From positions 85,950,149-86,000,479 of the forward strand of contig NC_068984.1 of assembly GCF_001194135.2 (NCBI RefSeq): a stretch of DNA of 50,331 nt, read 5' to 3'. Below the pieces are notes generated by a model that was not told the origin of the DNA, did not search any database, and worked only from the letters and a program-made list of their open reading frames with translations. The stretch is from Octopus bimaculoides (lineage: Eukaryota). Below, in pieces: positions 1 to 12,881 of the stretch (positions are counted from its first letter, which is position 1; each line of letters opens with the position of its first letter). The position numbers and the translations under genes were made by a program.

Positions 1-684
1 CGAGGCGCAATGGCCCAGTGGTTAGGTCAGCGGACTCGCGGTTTCGATTCCCAGACCGGGCGTTGTGAGTGTTTATTGAGCGAAAACACCTGTAGTAACG
101 CCTGCGCATGCGTAGTCTTACGCATGCGTAAAATTAAACAAGCAAGCGTTTCCCGCTCAATTCATTCTCTTTCTCGCTGGCCAGCGATTGAGTAAGGACG
201 TGTGTTTAAAGCTGTCTCTTACATCTTTCGGTCTTATACTCGACAGCTCGTTATTCTCACCTCTAAAGATGTATAACTAAAGATATGTATGTTTATCACC
301 TAAATAAATGTTGTTTAGTCTGGAGTTCAGCGTTCCGTCTATTTCTTCAATTTTATAGTAGAAAGTCAGGTATACAATCTAAAGATGTATAACCCACTTT
401 CTACTAAACACCTAAAGCTCCACGAGGCTCCGGCAGGGGATGTTGGCGAACCCTGCTGTACTCTATCACCACAACTTTCTCTCACTCTTACTTCCTGTTT
501 GTTGTGCCTGTAATTCAAAGGGTCAGCCTTGTCACGCTGAATATCCCCGAAAACTACGTTAATAGTACACGTGTCTGTGGAGTGCTCAGTTACTTGCACG
601 TTAATTTCACGAGCAGCCTGTTCCGTTGATCGGATCAATTGGAACCCTCAACGTCGTAAGCGACGGAGTGCCAACAACAACAAC
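1..684 (+). mobile_element. tRNA-headed SINE (family A), interrupted by an insertion at 91-408
   Basis: A box TGGCCCAGTGG, B box GTTTCGATTCC, (CAA)n tail; colinear with the copies at 7630 and 45553. Confidence 0.9.
91..408 (+). mobile_element. Solo LTR (Gypsy-like) inserted in a SINE
   Basis: Termini TGTAGTA...TACTAAA (one mismatch from TG..CA inverted ends); 4-bp TSD CACC at 87-90 and 409-412; internal AATAAA. Confidence 0.7.
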
Positions 685-2174
685 GGTAAGACAAAATCCA
701 TCGCATTGCCTAATATGGTCAAAATCAATTCATTTCTAAGTGATGGGATATCAATTCAAGTCGGTGACCAATGTGAGAAAAATAATTTGAGAGAGACAAA
801 TTGGCCATTGACATGTGTAACAATACAAGTAAATAATTTTACGAAGTTGTCATTTAATGCCAAGTCAGCAGAGACAAGATCAAAGGTGTTCCAGTCACTC
901 CCCCCCCCCCCGATGCTTTCGCGGATTCCCATGATTCTCTGTCACCATTCAATTTCATTATTGTGAATGCGAATTGGGAGTTTGAGTCATTGTGAATCTT
1001 TCATTAGCTGATTTCACAACCATGGACGCCACCCCAATGGATACGTTGCAGTGACTCTCCAGATAGAGCTTGGTGATTTTTGCGCTCAACATCAATTTGA
1101 GTTCTTCCATCACCTCTTCACAATCTGCCATGCTACAGTCCCAAGATTTCACTGTTTCCCTGGCAGGGTGTCTGAACGGGCGCTAAACCTTGCCAACCGA
1201 CAGCCCGCAACTATGTAGGGTACGGTCGTCACTCCGTGGGGTATTTTCAAAATACCCACATACCCGCAGTCATATACACATTCTTTCATTTATTTATTTA
1301 TTTGCCAGATATAGTATATATGGTCACTCTGCTTCCAAACATCAAAATGTAATTGAGGAATTTTTGTAGCTGGTCGACTGACTGCATATTTTAGGAGGTT
1401 GAGTTTGCTATAGAGGAGTTTATTTGTTCGCTCGGATTTTACGATTTTGTCTTATACCTGTTGTTTTATTTCGGACTACCGTTAATAGGGCATATTTATG
1501 ATTAAAAGCATTTCAAACTGTGATTCTGACTTTTAAGGGGTATGTTGGACTTCATCAAATGTTTCCCGAAGATTTTTTTTAATTCTTAATTATCAACTAA
1601 CAAAGGGTTTACGGGAAATGTATGTTACCTGTTAATTTTGTTTATACTTAACCACTAGCGTAGCTAGAGTGTGTGCCACCCTAGCTATGCTACCACCCCA
1701 CTAGCTACGCTAGGGACACAACTTAACTCCGTTGCTTCATTGTAAAAGCAGAAAGAGAAATCAACGACTATAAATAAAAACTGTTTACAATAGAAATACT
1801 CGTTTTTGTTGAAGAAAATAGCAAAAGAAAAGAAATAGAGCTAAGTGTACTTTGTTGTTGTTTAACCCCGGGTCAGCTCTGAACGAGGGTGTTTCAGCCA
1901 ATACAAGAAGTTATTCCTTCTTTTTCTTTTTCAAGACAATAGGGTAGTGTGGTGTGAAGCAGCTACTACAAGCAGGTCAAGCAGTTACAACCAGCAGCTA
2001 CTACAAGCAGGTCAGATAGATTTGCTTTCGTTCTTCCAAGAGAAAATAACAGCCAAGTACCAGAATGGATTTGGTATTCAAATAAGGAATGCTAGATGTG
2101 AATAAGATTTTAATAAGAGATTAGAACCAAAAAGATCACTAGTGGTTTTAAGATTTCGCAATCACGGTTTGATT

Positions 2175-2217
2175 ATGCTTCGCTGATGAGGTCTAATAAT
2201 ATCGAAACGTTCAGCGT
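2175..2217 (+). ncRNA. Minimal type-I hammerhead ribozyme-like motif
   Basis: CTGATGA (2183-2189), GGT/ATC stem II, GAAA (2204-2207), palindromic AACGTT; stem I is only imperfect. Confidence 0.45.
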
Positions 2218-2399
2218 TGCCACCACACAGCTAAAGCTGTTCGTCCTTCACTGCATTCCATAATTAATTTTAATTAAAATCTTAACTTTCAAGAGAATGA
2301 TTGTTCTTATTACTAAGGTTCTAATTTTAATGAAATAGAATTTTTGATTTATTATACAAAGCTTACTAGCACCCACATTACTATGAAGTTTTTATATGC

Positions 2400-2594
2400 A
2401 ACAGGCGTTTTTCGCAAAAAGTGGAAGCGCCTCTCATGAAGTACTAAGTTATCTCCCTTGATACATATTGCGTTTCAAGTAGCGAATTACAAAATGGCGG
2501 CTGTACGAAGAGCTAAAATGTTCCAGTGTCCCGCCGTAATTTGTTATTCTTTCCGTGAACTAACCGTCTGAATTCGATCTACATTTGTAGAATG
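2400..2594 (+). promoter_or_regulatory. Probable FBXO9 core promoter / 5' leader with YY1-type motif
   Basis: CAAAATGGCGGC at 2490-2501 matches the YY1 consensus; CpG-retaining segment directly before the ATG exon. The TSS itself cannot be determined. Confidence 0.6.
2592..2594 (+). CDS. FBXO9: FBXO9 coding exon 1 (ATG only)
   Basis: agaATG|gtgagt donor at the end of a CpG-containing leader; phase 0 joins in frame to exon 2. Confidence 0.75.
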
Positions 2595-5500
2595 GTGAGT
2601 TGATATATCTATTCAATTGGTATTTTATTCTCTAAATCATACTGACGCTATTTCATTATTTATTGTTTTAAATATTATGTCTCTCCCCAGATCAAATTGT
2701 ACCCATATGTGCGCGTGTGTATATATGGAAATACAACTCTATGTAAATGTACTATAAACACACACATACGCTCACCTTGCATCTATCTACTTAACTACCT
2801 ACACTAACTTCTTACCCACCTTGACACCTTCCAATATGTCGTTAGTGTGGCATCCTCTGTTTAAGCACAAATGACAATGCATATAACTTATATAAGCAGG
2901 ATTTCATTCTAAAAGGCTTCCTTGGACCCACCTCTCTGACATCTACACTTTTTTTCTTTGTTGTTTCACTTTTTTACTCTTTTGTCGTCTTGTTCTATAA
3001 TTGTATGACTTTATATTTATTACTTACGGAAAGACATGATAGCTTGTCGGTTTGTTCACAGCTCTACCGGCTGAACAACTACAATGGGTCAACAAGTGAG
3101 CCTCTATTTAATCTTTCGATCTGCGAGAATTAGCAGCCAAACCTCGTTTAAGTCTCCGTGCGCTCTTAAAAACTGAAGGACAGGACACATGGGCTAAGGA
3201 AAGTAGTCCTAGGTAAAAAAAAAAAAAAAAAATGGGGTGGCCATGCTTTTGATCATAGGTCTGCTCAATCAGGCTGACCTGCAGCTGAACAACACGCCAG
3301 GCCATGCAAACTTGTTCGAGGGAACCTCTGTGGTCGCTCGACATACTAGACAGTCACCAAATCTCCTTCAAAGCCTTCAAAAGGATACACTGGATAATGT
3401 CTTACATGCCCCTAAAAAGACGGGATAGTCATAGAATGTCTTTAATCGTAAGTCAATCCGGATTGACCTGGGGGCTAAACAACAAAAATACCTTTTTCGA
3501 GAGAGATAGAGAATCTCTATGTAGTCTAATAGCAGCCAATTCTTCAAATTGCACTTTAACGTCTTAAATAAAGAAAAAACAACCGCGTTAAATCATGTAG
3601 TCCGTCATAACCCTAAAAAAAGAAGGGGGATCACAGGTAGAATTCTTTTGATCATAAGTGTGCTGGATGTCGGGGTTGGCTTGTTGCTAAACAACAGTAG
3701 TAATCACCTTGTTTTTATTGTTTATTTTCGCAACACCCACCCCTTTAAGAAACGAAGTTGTACAACGCTAACATTATCGATCGATCCATTTATGGGCAGA
3801 TAAAAAAAAACTATTGTTGTCATTGATACTCATTTAAAAATAAATTTAACATTTTATATTAAATGAAGAGATTGCCATTATCTGTCTCTCCCTTCGCTCG
3901 CTCACGATCAACTTTCGGTGGAGGTAAAGAATATGCACACCACCCGTTTTCGGCGTAACCCTAACTCTAAGCCCTAACCACCTGGTGTGCGTATTCTTTA
4001 CCTTCGCCCAACTTTCTTGTTTGTGTCACCTTATTACTATATCTCCTCATATATCAGTTCTAATAGTCTCTTACCATATTTTCTATTTCTCTCACTGTCT
4101 CTCACCCTGTTATCAATACTCCTTCTCTCACATATTAACTTATTCCCTTTATCCTCTTACTAGATCTTTCTCCTTTTCTCTAATACTTTTTCATATCCTC
4201 TCTCCCCCTTCTCTCTACTAGTTGCTTTTATCACAAGTTCTACACAAACGCAAAACAGTACGAGTGAATTTCATATTTGAAATAACAAATTTCCTTCATG
4301 TCTGTGAATAATGTAGTGCGAAACATTAACAGCGATATATGCTTTTATTATACTACCGTGCTGAGCTTGCGATTCTGGCATAAATACTACTAAGAAATAA
4401 GTGTAGGAGGGAATAATCATTCGTTTTAAGTGTCTAGGGGCGATCTTTTTCGAGAAGCGAGCCGCATGTGACATTTTCTCATCATCAGGTGGGTCGCACT
4501 AGTAAAAAAAAAAAAATTATGATAGGCGTGGCATTGCGGAATTCGCGCGAGCTGCACTTTGTTTATGATTGATTAAGAAAATGAAAGAATGAACTCGGTA
4601 AATCGCGCCATAAAGAAATGAAAGTTAAATAATGTTCACCAATGAAATGAAGCTGCAAAAGGGGGTGGGGATTAAGCAGCGGATGGGAGGCGGAGGGTGT
4701 ACATCCCAGGACAAATGGTGTATTCACTGGAAACGAAGCTGAAGGCAAAGATCGAATCTTTCTGATTNNNNNNNNNNNNNNNNNNNNNNNNNNNNNNNNN
4801 NNNNNNNNNNNNNNNNNNNNNNNNNNNNNNNNNNNNNNNNNNNNNNNNNNNNNNNNNNNNNNNNNNNNNNNNNNNNNNNNNNNNNNNNNNNNNNNNNNNN
4901 NNNNNNNNNNNNNNNNNNNNNNNNNNNNNNNNNNNNNNNNNNNNNNNNNNNNNNNNNNNNNNNNNNNNNNNNNNNNNNNNNNNNNNNNNNNNNNNNNNNN
5001 NNNNNNNNNNNNNNNNNNNNNNNNNNNNNNNNNNNNNNNNNNNNNNNNNNNNNNNNNNNNNNNNNNNNNNNNNNNNNNNNNNNNNNNNNNNNNNNNNNNN
5101 NNNNNNNNNNNNNNNNNNNNNNNNNNNNNNNNNNNNNAACCAATCACGTCTATTGAGGGGAAAGCAATTGCTGCCGTGGAATGTAAACAACATGTTCTAA
5201 CGGTGTCATGGGATCTTTTCCCTTGAATAAAATTAGTGCCGTAGTTTGTCAACAACAACTTTCGGTGGTACTGTTATTTTTGACATCGTTTGTGCGTTCG
5301 TGTTTTAGAGTTAGGGTTACGGTTAGGGTTATGATTATTTTTGCCATAACCTCACTCATAACCCTAACCCTAACACCAACCCTAAAACCCTAAACCCTTA
5401 CTAGGGAATAATGATATAATTAAACAGGGAATAACACTTTTGACACCGGCAAAAATTATTGTTTACAAAAACAACAGTAACTGTATTCAGCTGAATAGAC

Positions 5501-8500
5501 GTCAGTGATTGGTTGAAATACAGAAATACGACAACTTTAACATGAAATAACTTGAGATGTACAATTTTTTGTTAAGAAGGCTAAGAGAAAAAGTTGTTTT
5601 ATATGACGCATTCTACCAGTATCCCAAGTTAAGACAACATGCTTGCTACATCATTGCCGTGTGTGTGTGTGCAGATGCAGGTTGTGTAGACAGAAAGAGT
5701 GCAGAAGCCCTGGATCATGTTGATCCTGCCGAAGGATTATGTCACTTGCTTTATACTATATTTTAATGAGTAAGCAGCTTAGTTGATAGAACACACCGGG
5801 GTATTCATCGTAGTGACCGGCGGAGGTTCATTCGTTTACTTTTTATCAATCGTGTTGGTGTGGGTTGGAGTTATAGATAGAGGTGAAGGGTGGTAGAAGT
5901 TTCTGGTAGGTGCCCACACTTTAGGACACGCGTGGGCAACTTATTTCCGAGAAGCGGGTTGCATGGGACATGGCTCATCATCGGATGGATCACACTGCCA
6001 AGGTAATTTTTCGTGAGGTGTGGCATTCAGAAAGTCTTGCGGGCCGCAGTTTTCTCATGACTGTCTTAGGCAAACAAACTGAAACTTTTCGTAATTATGA
6101 AGTGAACCACCTCTTCCTTTCCTGTAAAGGTGTGTATGATTATATGATTCGTAAAAATAAATGCACGCACATTCACGCGTGTTCAAGTTGATCAAAGACA
6201 CAACTTTAAAAAAAAAAAAAAATCTCAAACAATACGTATTTTACTGCGAGTTTGCAACCTCCTCTCACTAAATCCCGCCCATTCCCCTTATTCTTGAACT
6301 TGCTTTAGAGCAAAAGCCTTAGTTTAACATTTATTTTTTTATATAATTTTATTTATTTAATTCATATATATATATATAAACAATATATGAGTATATGCAT
6401 ATATATGTACATATATGTACATACNNNNNNNNNNNNNNNNNNNNNNNNNNNNNNNNNNNNNNNNNNNNNNNNNNNNNNNNNNNNNNNNNNNNNNNNNNNN
6501 NNNNNNNNNNNNNNNNNNNNNNNNNNNNNNNNNNNNNNNNNNNNNNNNNNNNNNNNNNNNNNNNNNNNNNNNNNNNNNNNNNNNNNNNNNNNNNNNNNNN
6601 NNNNNNNNNNNNNNNNNNNNNNNNNNNNNNNNNNNNNNNNNNNNNNNNNNNNNNNNNNNNNNNNNNNNNNNNNNNNNNNNNNNNNNNNNNNNNNNNNNNN
6701 NNNNNNNNNNNNNNNNNNNNNNNNNNNNNNNNNNNNNNNNNNNNNNNNNNNNNNNNNNNNNNNNNNNNNNNNNNNNNNNNNNNNNNNNNNNNNNNNNNNN
6801 NNNNNNNNNNNNNNNNNNNNNNNNNNNNNNNNNNNNNNNNNNNNNNNNNNNNNNNNNNNNNNNNNNNNNNNNNNNNNNNNNNNNNNNNNNNNNNNNNNNN
6901 NNNNNNNNNNNNNNNNNNNNNNNNNNNNNNNNNNNNNNNNNNNNNNNNNNNNNNNNNNNNNNNNNNNNNNNNNNNNNNNNNNNNNNNNNNNNNNNNTATA
7001 TATATATTAGATCAATATTTTATGAGCTGAGGGGGAGCCTTTACGGGAGTTGCTCGACATGCTAGAAATAGCAGTCAAAACTCCAACCCAGCCTATCGTC
7101 TTAAAAAAAAACAACACAGGATAACGTAGTTTTGAATGCATTGTGTGTAGGAAAAAGACAGGATGGTTAAGGTTTGAACACAATTGATCCAAGGTTTTAC
7201 TCAGAGATGCCTTGGGGTGTTCAAAACGTACATTTTGTCTTCCAGATTTCTATGGCAAAACCTCTTCTTTTGAATACCATAGACCGAGCCCTTTTTAATG
7301 TTAACTGATCTGACAAAACTACATTTCAAAAAGAAAATTACATAGCCTAAACCTATTAATAAAATATTATTCATAAAACTTTACATGAAAATGTATAACT
7401 TAGTGCTTAAGGTGTTGCACTCACGATCACCAGATCATGGTTTCAATTTCCAGACCTGGTGGTGCAGTGCATTCTCGAACAGAACACTCCATTTTTGTTG
7501 CAATGGTTCGCTGGTGCCCTTCACAGAGGGAATACTCTAACCTCAGTCACTTATACACCGTGCAAACTAAATAACTGACCCTAATAGTCTTAAGACTCGA
7601 GATAGTAATGTTCAGGAGACTACTACATTGTTGTTGTTGACACTCCGTCGCTTACGACGTCAAGGGTTCCAGTTGATCCGATCAACGGAACAGGCTGCTC
7701 GTGAAATTAACGTGCAAGTGGCTGAGCATTCCACAGACACGTGTACCCTTAACGTCGTTCTCGGGGATATTCAGTGTGACACAGTGTGACAAGGCTGACC
7801 CTTTGAATTACAGGCACAACAGAAACAGGAAGTAAGAGTGAGAGAAAGTTGTGGTGGAAGAGTACAGCAGGGTTCGCCACCATCCCCTGCCGGAGCCTCG
7901 TGGAGCTTTAGGTGTTTTCGCTCAATAAACACTCACAACGCCCGGTCTGGGAATCGAAACCGCGAGTCCGCCGCCCTAACCACTGGGCCATTGCGCCTCC
8001 ACACTACTACATTAAAGCTGCTGGAAAATGTAAAAAAAAAAAAGGGCAGAGTTTGGGTTACAAGGAGTCAGTGTCATTGTAATAATCTTTTAAACATATT
8101 CAGAGGTCTAAGTTTTAAACACAATTGTAATGAAGTGTAGTTATAAAAAAATGAGTAGGCATGGCTGTATGGTAAGAAGCTCGCTTCTGAACTACACGAG
8201 TCCAGTTTCAGTCCCACTGTTTGGTGCCTTGGGCAAGTATCTCCTACTATAGCCTTGGACCAATCAAAGCCTTGTGAGAGGTTTTGAGAAATGGAAACTG
8301 AAAAAAGCTTGTTATATATATATTTATGTATATATGTTTTTGTGTCTGTGTTTGTTCTCTACAACTACTTGACAACCAGTGTTGGTGTGTTTACACCCTG
8401 TAACTTATCGATTTGGCAAAAGAAACTGATAGAATAGGTGCCAGGTTTGATTTAAAAAATAAGTACTGGGATTGATTCATTCAACTAAAAATTCTTTAAG

Positions 8501-11142
8501 GCAATGCCCCAGCATGGCCACAGTCTAATGACTGAAACAAGTAAAAAGATAAAAAGAAGATAGTTATAAAGAGAGGATTTAAATAAAATTAAGTTTACTT
8601 CCTTACCACATGGTTTTGGGTTCAGTTTCACTGTGTGGCACCTTGAGCAAATATTTTCTACTGTAAGCCTTGTGAGTGAATTTAGTAGCTAAAAACTAAA
8701 AGAACTTCGTTGTATGTGTTTATATGAAAAAGTGTGTGATTGTGTGTCCTTGTTTTAATATCACAGGATAGTTATAAATGAATGTCTGTGATACATGTGA
8801 TGGAGAAATATTACCTTGTTTTGAAACAGGAAGGCCTTCTAGTCGCAGAAGATCTGCCTTAATGAATTCTACTTGACCCATGCAAGCATGGAAAAGTCGA
8901 CGTTAAAATGGCAATGAGAATGTTCCAGTGTGATAATTGTGTTGCACTGAAGAGGATGTTTCAAGCAAAAAGACTAAAGTGATCCTCTATTCTGTATCAG
9001 TTCTTATTCAGAGTTGCTCTCAAATGGGTAACCTACACTGTGCTTTGCAGAGTCCACATTTTGCTCATAAGTTTCATCTATTTATTTATTTTTGGGCATA
9101 GTTTCTATGGCTGGATGTCCTTTTCAACAACCACTTTACAGCATGTACTGGGTGCATTTTGTCACGTTACCAGCATTGTATTTACCTATTCTTCTAAACT
9201 AACATGAGTTAAATCAGGGATTCTCAACCATTTTTCATTTTGGACCCCCTTTGGTTGTTATTTTATTTTGGTGGACTCCCATGCCCATTCAAAGTCTCAA
9301 AACTAGTTTTATAGATACTTCTTTCCAAATTCCTATTTTGTTTTTCACGAATTAACTTGTGTAGGTTGAACTATGTAAAATGTTAGAGAAAGAAACCTAG
9401 CTGTTTCTTGCAATACATACCAATACATGCATCTAAAGCAAACATTTTTCAGGCACCCTTAAAATACTATTGTGGTCCNNNNNNNNNNCCCCCCCCCCCC
9501 CCAATCTTCTATGGATCCTCAAGGGCCATACGGACCCCAGTTGAGAACTACTGGGTTAGATGGTGAGTTAGTTAAGGCAAGATTTTACAGCTAGATGCTC
9601 TTCCAGTCACCAACCCTCAACTGTTTTCCAAGTGAGAGTTATATATTGACTAGTAGAATATCTGTCCTTCCCAAGAAATAAAGAATACAGTTGGTAGCCA
9701 ATTTGTTGAATGAAAATCATTAAAATTCTATGAAATGCTTATTGATATACAATATACAGCTGAACTTTTGCAAGAAACATCCCCCTGTACCTTTTAAATT
9801 TTGTTATTTATGTACAAAATTTCTTTTAAATTTCTATTTTAAGCATTGAAGATTACAATTGAGTGTCTTCTATAGTCTTGGGCTGACCAATGCCTTGTGA
9901 GTGAGTTTGGTGGACAGAAACTATGCAGAAGCCCATTGTGTGTGTGCATACATATATTTATATTGTGTGTGTTTGTAACTCCTCACCACTTGACATCCCC
10001 ATAACTTCTAAGTTATGGGGAGAAATGGCTTGGTGGAATTGGTATTGGACTTACCTGTTTATTGATTAGAAGTTCAGTTAGATCTGCTGCAGGCACTTTG
10101 TTATTTCTGAGTTGAGCATTTTTTGTTTTTGCCATTACCTCTTCAGTTCCTTCACTCAATCGATTTCAGATCATCTGAAAATTATTATCTGTGATGATTT
10201 ACCAGTGTCCCATCACAGGATGGACTTATTTCTTTTATATATTTCAAGTCATGAAACTTGAACTAAACACTGGCTTTCTAAGTTGTCATTCAAGACTCAG
10301 ATGACATTTAGAAATAGTGTTGTGATTTCATCCCATTTTGGCCTTGGTCAAGTAGATTTACAATCAGAGGCTGTCTTGTACAAAGAAATAGTATATCTAG
10401 GATTTCATCTACAATGTCAAGCGACTACGTAGTGGTTCACCTCATTGGCTTGTCAATCATCTTTTTACTTCATCATTTACTTCTGAAATATTTTTTTTAA
10501 TTCTGAAACTGAGATCCCCATTTTGTAATATTACAGGAAGAGGAAAACCAGTTCCCAACTCCCGGTGATTATCAACTGTCAGAGGAGGAGGAGGGTGAGG
10601 AGGAAGAAGCTGAAGAAGCAGATGGTGATGACGATGATTATGACTCCTCGAAAGCACAGCTTGATGAATTCCGCATGAAATGGCAGCAAGAGCTTTTGGG
10701 TAACCAAGATGCAGCTGAGTCAAGTGAAGTAGCCGTCCCTTGCAGTAGCAGCAGCAGTGGTAATAATAATAATGGTGTCCAAGCTACTGTGAGTCACCTG
10801 TCCAATGAGGATCAATTAGAGGCTATCAAAAATAAAGTAAGTAACATGGCAGAACTTCAAAATATTTCTTGTTTTTGTTTACTTTACTTGTTTTGCCTAG
10901 AATGTAATATGGCTCTTTTTGTATATATGCTATCAGCTAACGGTTTTATAGCCGTTATCTCAACGTGTATTTTTAATCGGTATATCTTTACTACCTCTGA
11001 AGAGATTCAGCTTTTAATGATTTTAATTTTATAAATTAATTATCTAAAGATTTCTGAATTGAAACAGCTGTCAAAGATGTTGTTATATTTTATAATTAAT
11101 AAATAATTTTATTAATTACCTCTCTGTTTTCTCCTTATTCTT

Positions 11143-11182
<40 letters not shown>

Positions 11183-12843
11183 AATACACATTCTACTCAC
11201 TAAGTGATGGCTAACTCAAGGCTACAGCAGAAGATGATACCCAAGGTGCCATGCCATGGGATCAAACTAAAAAAAATGATGTGGTTGCAAAATGAACTTC
11301 GTAACTATGCAGTGTATCTCCATCTTTGATCTAGATCATTCTACATTTGTTCCTTTTATAATTTTTTTTCCCATACAGGCCACCATCACCACAGTCTTCT
11401 CTCCTGGTTGACTGCTAATCTTCAATTATGATAGATCTTTTGCAAGGTGGAATTGAATACAGCATGTGAAAATTAGTGAATATCAATAAGTTTTGCAATA
11501 TGACCATTACTCATAACAAAATCTTGCAGCAAAGAGAACTTTTCATAGCTGCTTAGCCTATTACAATTAGCAGCCAAATTTTCACACACTTTGTTGTCTT
11601 TGATATACAGAAAGATATACTGATCACAACTGGAATGTCTGTGTCCATAGATCTGCTTGATCTGGGCTGGCCTGGGGCTAAACAACAACAATTTTGTATC
11701 ATTAATCCTTTAGCATTCAAACCAGCCATTTCTGGCCCAAATATTTTACCTGTTTTATGTTCAAACCAGCCAGATTCAGCCTCTCACAACTATCCTACAA
11801 TGTCATTGTAAAAAACAAACAATCACATCATTGAAATCTTGAAGTTATGAGACAAAGCATGATTGATTTAAAACTTTGTGAACAAATGCACATTACATTT
11901 GATAGAGTAATCTGAAGGCTAAAAGGTTAAGCAAGCTAATCAAAGGAAGCAAAGCAGTTCTTGCAAGTGAGTGACTGTGTAGGCTTCTTCATAGACTCAA
12001 TTACAAATACCAGTAATATATTGTAGCCAGTTCACCTGATTGTATTCTGTTCTTCCTCTTTCTCCTCCTCCTTCAACAGTCACTCTTGTGCCTAAGCTAG
12101 AAGTCTTTTATTTTACAGGCTAAATGGTTCTATTTGGAAGGTATTAAAGCAGAACAAAATGGAAATTTGTACAATGGTAAGTTGGTGTTTGTTGTTGTCA
12201 TTTAACCCCAAGGCGTACCAATAATCAAAGAATTCACTATGTTTAATGCAGACTATGTTGGATGAAAAATCTGGAGTTCAGGTTCATTTGAGCTGTACTA
12301 CACGTTTTCTATACTGACCATATCTAGCTCTCATGTATTGCCTGTATATGTGTGTATGTATGTGGTGTCTTCTGGCAGTCCGTTCTAGATTAATTGAGTT
12401 GTGGTGGGTTTGAAAGTGAAATTTAAATCAAAGAGTAAAGTAAAATATGTACAGAACATATACATTTAAAATTGGACAGTTTGACTAAAGCTGGCAAGTT
12501 GGAGAGCTGCACCAGTTTCCAGCCTGATTTGGCTTGTTTTTTTTTTATGGCTGGATGCCCTTCCTAATGCCAACCACTTTACAGAGTGTGTTGGGTGCTT
12601 TTTACGTACCAAGAGCACATTTAATTTCATTGTAAAATATTGGAGCAAGTATCTTTCTCTGCTGTGTTGTTAGTGACAGTGATTATTCAACCATAAAAGG
12701 ACTATATTACCTAATCTGCAAGTCACTAGCTTACTGCAATTGTGATGAAATGTCTGTGTAATTTAGGTGGGAATGAGACATTTTAGCATCACTGATTCAA
12801 TGCTCACTTATTTGACATGAAACGTTATAATGTTTGTCTCATG

Positions 12844-12881
<38 letters not shown>

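Noticed and set aside
1-60. tRNA genes at SINE heads
   Set aside because: A/B boxes are present but there is no cloverleaf; each continues into a multi-copy SINE body.
1215-1270. HDV-like ribozyme
   Set aside because: A P1-like pairing exists, but there is no P3/L3, P1.1 or J4/2 catalytic motif.
4445-4495. Second hammerhead (CTGATGA...GAAA on the - strand)
   Set aside because: Extra base before stem II, no stem III/NUH, and the sequence is part of a MITE seen again near 5940.
5305-5400. Interstitial telomere or chromosome fusion site
   Set aside because: Short, degenerate units embedded in inverted-repeat elements.
4563-7065. Long ORFs containing X runs
   Set aside because: Artefacts of N gaps.
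10457-10723. - strand His/Pro-rich ORF
   Set aside because: Antisense of FBXO9 exon 2.
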